Below, piece after piece: positions 59,889-64,000 of a stretch of 64,000 nt of DNA. The position numbers were made by a program, and so were the translations under genes. Position 1 is the first letter of the stretch. Each line of letters begins with the position of its first letter. The DNA comes from an uncultured Bdellovibrionales bacterium. Its GTDB lineage: Bacteria > Myxococcota > XYA12-FULL-58-9 > JALHOP01. The notes beneath the pieces are model-generated. The model saw nothing but the letters and a program-made list of their open reading frames with translations, had not been told where the DNA came from and did not search any database. The stretch lies in the NCBI GenBank assembly GCA_964484195.1, contig CAZAER010000003.1, positions 188,787 to 252,786 on the forward strand. The letters are read 5' to 3'.

Positions 59889-61634
59889 GTGTCTTACCTC
59901 GTTCTCGCGCGCAAATACCGCCCGGCGACCTTCGCCGACGTCATCGGCCAAGAGCATGTCGTTCGCACCTTGCAGAACGCCATCACCATGGGCCGTGTCC
60001 ATCACGCTTTCGTGTTCACCGGCGCCCGCGGCGTCGGTAAGACCACCTGCGCGCGCGTTCTCGCCAAGGCGTTGAACTGCGACACCGGCATGCGACCGGA
60101 TCCATGCGGCGTCTGCGCTTCGTGCAAGGACATCGCGGCGGGCTCGCACCCCGACGTGCTCGAGATCGACGGTGCCTCGAATACCGGCGTCGACAACGTG
60201 CGCGAGCTGCGCGAGACGGTGCGATATCTGCCGTCGCGCTCGAAGTTCAAGCTCTACATCATCGACGAAGTGCACATGCTCTCGACTGCGGCTTTCAATG
60301 CGCTGCTCAAGACCCTCGAAGAGCCACCGGCGCACGTGAAGTTCGTCTTCGCGACGACCGAGCCACAGAAGATTCCGATCACCATCTTGTCGCGTTGCCA
60401 ACGCTTCGATTTCCGCCGCGTCTCCAATCAGACGCTCGCCGAGCACGTGCGCTTGGTGTTGAAGGGCGAGAACGTCGAGATTGGTGCGTCGGCGCTGTCG
60501 GCGGTGGTGCGTGAGGCGCAAGGCTCGGTGCGCGATGCCCTGTCGTTGCTCGATCAGGTCTTGTCGTACGCAGGCAATGCGCCGTCGGACGAAGCGGTGG
60601 TCGCTGCGTTGGGCCTCGTCGATCGCGGCGCCATCTTCGGGTTGTTCGACGCGGTGCTCGAACGCAATGCCGACCGGCTCTTGTCCATGATCGCGGACAT
60701 CGACGTGAAAGGACACGAGCTCGGCGACGTCGCGGCGCTGTTCGTCGACCATCTGCGCGACGTGATGGTCGCAAAGAGCGTCAAAGATCCGACCGAAGCG
60801 CAGCTCGATCGCTCACCGGGTGAAGTCGAGCAATTGCGGGCGCAGGCAAAGCAGCTGTCGGCGCCGGATCTGCATCGCATGTTCGCTTTGGCGGTCGAGG
60901 TGGCAGACGATGTGAGTCGCTCGCCGTTCGCGCGCGTGAGCTTCGAGATGGGACTTTTGCGCCTGCTCGAGGTGGAGCCGACGGAGCGACTCGAGGAGCT
61001 CTTGGCGCGGTTGGATGGGGCGGGGACGGTGAGTGCGAAGGCGCCGGTGAAAACCGAGCACCGAAGTCCGACGCCCGAAGTCCGAAAGCCGATTGCCGAG
61101 AGCCGATCACCGATCGCCGACAAGCCGATGGCCGATAGCCGATCACCGATTGCCGACAAGCCGATGGCCGAGAGCCGATCGCCGATGTCCGACAAGCCGA
61201 TCGCCGACAAACCGACGGGCGAGCTCACCTGGCCCGCCTTCGTCGCGACGATTCGCGCCACCAAGCCGGGCTTGTCCTCGATCCTCGAGCACGCCAAGCC
61301 TCTGCGGTTCGGCGCCGACGGCATCGAGCTGGGCTACGTCGCCAAGTCTTGGCACTGGAACGAAGCGCATGATCCCGAGCGCAAGGCCGCCATCGAGGCA
61401 AGCCTCACTGCGATGTTCGGCAAGCCGGTCCCGCTCAAGCTGACCGCCGTCGCGGCAACCGAAGAGGTCAAGGTCGAGGAATCGATCGCCGAAGCCGCCG
61501 ACCGCAAGCGCAAGAACCGCCACGAGGAGATCGTGACCGGTGCCCGCGAGCATCCAGCGGTGCGGGGCGCCATTTCGATCTTGGGTGGCGAAATCAAAGA
61601 AGTAATCGTCCGCGAGTCGGACGCGGAGGGGTGA
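59889..61634 (+). CDS. dnaX: DNA polymerase III subunit gamma/tau
   Basis: LARKYRP.TFADVIGQEHV...L.NAI..GR.HHAFVFTGARGVGKTT.AR.LAKALNC...PCG.C..C; DEVHMLS; SRCQRFDF. The repetitive linker is listed separately. Confidence 0.95.
   Translation: MSYLVLARKYRPATFADVIGQEHVVRTLQNAITMGRVHHAFVFTGARGVGKTTCARVLAKALNCDTGMRPDPCGVCASCKDIAAGSHPDVLEIDGASNTGVDNVRELRETVRYLPSRSKFKLYIIDEVHMLSTAAFNALLKTLEEPPAHVKFVFATTEPQKIPITILSRCQRFDFRRVSNQTLAEHVRLVLKGENVEIGASALSAVVREAQGSVRDALSLLDQVLSYAGNAPSDEAVVAALGLVDRGAIFGLFDAVLERNADRLLSMIADIDVKGHELGDVAALFVDHLRDVMVAKSVKDPTEAQLDRSPGEVEQLRAQAKQLSAPDLHRMFALAVEVADDVSRSPFARVSFEMGLLRLLEVEPTERLEELLARLDGAGTVSAKAPVKTEHRSPTPEVRKPIAESRSPIADKPMADSRSPIADKPMAESRSPMSDKPIADKPTGELTWPAFVATIRATKPGLSSILEHAKPLRFGADGIELGYVAKSWHWNEAHDPERKAAIEASLTAMFGKPVPLKLTAVAATEEVKVEESIAEAADRKRKNRHEEIVTGAREHPAVRGAISILGGEIKEVIVRESDAEG
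61086..61208 (+). repeat. In-frame 36-bp tandem repeat (about 3.4 copies) in the dnaX linker
   Basis: Encodes KPIAESRSPIAD / KPMADSRSPIAD / KPMAESRSPMSD / KPIAD. The DNA heptamer AGCCGAT recurs at alternating 15- and 21-nt spacing. Confidence 0.85.
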
Positions 61635-61636
61635 CC

Positions 61637-61951
61637 ATGGACTTGGATATGAACAAGATCATGGAGATGGCCAACCAGATGAAAGCGCATCTGGAAAAGA
61701 CGCAGGCCGAGACGATGAACATGCAGGTTCGCGGCGAGGCCGGCGGCGGCATGGTGGCGGTGGTCATGAATGGCCGTCACGAGGTCATCGAGGTGAAAAT
61801 CGAGCCGTCTGCTATGACGGACGTCAAGCTCCTCGAAGACTTGATTCGCGCTGCCTTCAACCAGGCGGTGACGAACGTCCAGAACGAAGCCAAGAACAAG
61901 ATGGGTTTGCTCGCCCAGAGCATGGGCGTGGGGCCACTAGGCAACTTCTGA
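61637..61951 (+). CDS. ybaB: Nucleoid-associated protein YbaB/EbfC
   Basis: NKIMEMANQMKAHLEKTQAE......V.GEAGGGMV.V.MNG.HEV..V.I.P......D...LEDLI.AA.NQA pattern. ATG 61637 lies just after the dnaX stop. Confidence 0.9.
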   Translation: MDLDMNKIMEMANQMKAHLEKTQAETMNMQVRGEAGGGMVAVVMNGRHEVIEVKIEPSAMTDVKLLEDLIRAAFNQAVTNVQNEAKNKMGLLAQSMGVGPLGNF

Positions 61952-61952
61952 C

Positions 61953-62558
61953 GTGACGCAGGACCCAATCACGCGTCTCGCGCTCGAGCTCGGACGCCTT
62001 CCCGGCATCGGCGAGCGCAGCGCGCAGCGCCTGGCGTACTACGTCATCAAGGCGTCGCACGGGGGCGGCCGGCAGTCGCTGGCGCACGATCTCGCCAAGG
62101 CCCTCGTCGAGTGCGTCGACCACGCGCGCTTCTGCAACGTCTGTCAGAACCTGACGACCAGCGAAGTCTGCGCCGTGTGCAGTGACGCGCGGCGCGACAA
62201 GTTGGTCATCTGTGTGGTCGAGGGAGTCGCCGACCTGCGAGCGATCGAGGCGAGCGGCGGATACCGCGGCGTCTACCACGTGTTGCACGGGTCGCTGTCG
62301 CCGCTCGAAGGGGTCGGTCCCGACGACCTACGCTTGCGCGAGCTCGTTGCCCGGCTTGCGGGCGAGGTGCAGGAGATCATTCTCGCCACCAATGCCGATG
62401 TCGAAGGCGACGCCACTGCCCTCTATGTCGCCCGTTTGGTCAAACCTCACGGCATCAAGGTCACTCGCCTGGCCTCGGGCATCCCTATGGGCGGCGAGCT
62501 CGAATACGTCGACCAAGCGACCCTCGGGCGAGCCCTCGAGAACCGTCGGGATTTCTGA
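61953..62558 (+). CDS. recR: Recombination protein RecR
   Basis: L...L..LPGIG.RSAQRLA.Y; Cys4 zinc finger C..C.N......C..C; Toprim LATN.DVEGDATA.Y. GTG start. Confidence 0.95.
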   Translation: MTQDPITRLALELGRLPGIGERSAQRLAYYVIKASHGGGRQSLAHDLAKALVECVDHARFCNVCQNLTTSEVCAVCSDARRDKLVICVVEGVADLRAIEASGGYRGVYHVLHGSLSPLEGVGPDDLRLRELVARLAGEVQEIILATNADVEGDATALYVARLVKPHGIKVTRLASGIPMGGELEYVDQATLGRALENRRDF

Positions 62559-62632
62559 CGCCTGCAGCCCCGTAAATGGTTGAAACGTAAAAGTTGAAGC
62601 CAGGTCGGGGTGTCTGTTAACAACAGACCACC

Positions 62633-63115
62633 ATGGCCGACCAACAGATGGTGATGTACGAGGAGGAGTTTCGGCAGATCGCTGCGATCTGCGAACGCCT
62701 GACTCGTGAAGCCAACGCCAAGGCCGTTCTGCTCGTCGACAAGAACGGTCAGTACATCACCAGCAACGGCGAAACCGGCGACCTCGATACGACGTCACTC
62801 GCCTCGCTGGCAGCGGGTACCAATGCCGCCACCAACGGCTTGGCGAAGCTCATTGGCGAGAAGGACTTTCCGAACAACTTCCTCGAAGGCGAGAAGTACA
62901 ACCTTCACTTTTCCATCGTCGCGCAGCGCGCGATCCTGGTCGTCATGTTCGACCAAAGGTCGTCGCTGGGCCTCGTGCGCTTGCGCGTGAAGCGCGCCAG
63001 TGAAGAGCTCGCGAACATCTTCGGCGCCATGCTGCAGAAGGCGCAGAGTCAGGCGCAAGGCGCGCCGTTCGGCGAGATCACCGACGACGATATCGACAAT
63101 CTGTTCTCTGAGTAA
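62633..63115 (+). CDS. mglB: Roadblock/LC7 GTPase-activating protein MglB
   Basis: Roadblock/LC7 fold sequence (AVLLVDKNGQYIT...SLASLAAG.NAAT..LAKLIGE...) immediately upstream of mglA, as in Myxococcus. Confidence 0.9.
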   Translation: MADQQMVMYEEEFRQIAAICERLTREANAKAVLLVDKNGQYITSNGETGDLDTTSLASLAAGTNAATNGLAKLIGEKDFPNNFLEGEKYNLHFSIVAQRAILVVMFDQRSSLGLVRLRVKRASEELANIFGAMLQKAQSQAQGAPFGEITDDDIDNLFSE

Positions 63116-63127
63116 GGCGGCCGAGCC

Positions 63128-63715
63128 ATGTCCTTCATCAACTACAGCTCGCGCGAGATTAACTGTAAGATCGTCTATTACGGGCCGGGTCTCTGCGGCA
63201 AAACGACGAACCTTCAGTACATCTACAACAAGACCAATCCCGAGGCGAAAGGGAAGATGATCTCCCTCGCCACCGAGACCGAGCGCACGCTGTTCTTCGA
63301 CTTCTTGCCGCTCTCGCTCGGCGAAATCCGTGGCTTCAAGACCCGATTCCACCTCTACACGGTTCCCGGTCAGGTCTTCTACGACGCGTCCCGCAAGCTC
63401 ATCTTGAAGGGCGTCGACGGTGTCGTGTTCGTTGCCGACTCGCAGATCGAGCGTATGGAAGCGAACCTCGAGTCGATGGAAAACCTGCGGACCAATCTGG
63501 CCGAGCAGGGCTACGACCTCGACAAGATCCCGTTCGTCATCCAGTACAACAAGCGCGACTTGCCGAACGCCGCCGGCGTCGACGAGCTCAAGCGCTTGTT
63601 GAACCCGCGGACCGTACCGGACTTCGAGGCATCGGCGACCGTCGGCAACGGCGTCTTCGATACGCTGAAGGCCATCGCGAAGCTGGTGCTCACCGAGCTC
63701 AAGAAGGGCGGCTGA
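63128..63715 (+). CDS. mglA: Ras-like motility GTPase MglA
   Basis: [33 protein letters not shown] (P-loop GPGLCGKT), TVPGQVFY switch 2, YNKRDL. Essentially the canonical MglA sequence. Confidence 0.95.
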   Translation: MSFINYSSREINCKIVYYGPGLCGKTTNLQYIYNKTNPEAKGKMISLATETERTLFFDFLPLSLGEIRGFKTRFHLYTVPGQVFYDASRKLILKGVDGVVFVADSQIERMEANLESMENLRTNLAEQGYDLDKIPFVIQYNKRDLPNAAGVDELKRLLNPRTVPDFEASATVGNGVFDTLKAIAKLVLTELKKGG

Positions 63716-63731
63716 GGCCGTCGTTCTCGAC

Positions 63732-64000
63732 GTGGACTCAACCGACAAGCTCGCTCCTCTTCGAGCCGATGTTCGCCGTCTAGGCGAGCTCTTGGGCGCC
63801 GAGATCAAGCGCAAGGCCGGCCAGCAGGCCTTCGATCACGTCGAAGGTTTGCGACGCCTAGCGATCAGCTACCGCCGCGGTCTCGCGTTCACCAACGAGG
63901 AGGAGACCACTCAGGCGCAAAACGGCCTCGACGAGGCGATGGCGATCATCCAGCAGGCGAGCACCGCCGAGCTCGCGACGCTCACCAAGGCGTTCGCGGT
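63732..64000 (+). CDS. ppc: Phosphoenolpyruvate carboxylase, 5' part (3'-partial at window edge)
   Basis: My own translation from GTG 63732: VDSTDKLAPLRADVRRLGELLGAEIKRKAGQQAFDHVEGLRRLA...AELATLTKAFA. This parallels the E. coli Ppc N-terminus ([22 protein letters not shown]...VETIRKLS...LLPVARAFS). The frame is open to the end of the window. Confidence 0.8.
   Translation, partial: MDSTDKLAPLRADVRRLGELLGAEIKRKAGQQAFDHVEGLRRLAISYRRGLAFTNEEETTQAQNGLDEAMAIIQQASTAELATLTKAFA

Noticed and set aside
61086-61208. The regularly spaced short repeats might be a CRISPR-like array.
   Set aside because: The repeat period is 36 nt with no unique spacers, it is in frame inside dnaX, and it encodes a peptide repeat. 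It is a coding tandem repeat, not a CRISPR array.
59889-61634. Programmed -1 frameshift site in dnaX (A AAA AAG as in E. coli).
   Set aside because: On reading through the gene I saw no A-rich slippery heptamer, so no claim is made.

Overview
GC-rich chromosomal segment that looks like Myxococcota: it has mglB-mglA, two Ser/Thr kinases (one with PEGA repeats), a pilT paralog, two PilZ proteins, and many lipoproteins and TPR proteins. All calls come from reading motifs in the supplied translations and the DNA itself; no homology search was run. Most of the window is housekeeping backbone: rsfS-rlmH, an S41 C-terminal processing peptidase, rseP, pilT, mpg, uvrC, uvrB, pssA, class II RNR nrdJ, coaX, tadA, two tRNA-Ser genes, SRP RNA (ffs), dnaX-ybaB-recR, mglBA and the 5' end of ppc. 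About 60 CDS are supported. Many long opposite-strand ORFs in the track are Arg/Ala/Gly-rich shadows typical of GC-rich DNA and were not called. Observations worth following up: (1) the widely conserved tadA / tRNA-Ser / ffs / dnaX-ybaB-recR neighbourhood is split by two blocks of lineage-specific genes (49.2-52.3 kb and 52.5-59.9 kb). The second block encodes a 766-aa protein with a calpain-like (CysPc, MEROPS C2-type) Cys-His-Asn domain, next to a divergent small acidic ORF. (2) A family of perfect palindromes (core ATGGTGAC-N-GTCACCAT with A/T flanks) occurs as pairs at two distant loci, each abutting the stop codon of a Ser/Thr kinase gene. (3) An Hsp70 that has only the nucleotide-binding domain is followed by a YkuD/Tlde1-like L,D-transpeptidase-fold protein. 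(4) A 29-codon Lys-rich micro-gene has a near-consensus promoter, an AGGAGG ribosome-binding site and a textbook terminator. (5) rsfS and rlmH both appear to need CTG start codons. (6) One protein is built from six degenerate internal repeats. No CRISPR array, rRNA, transposase or integrase was seen.
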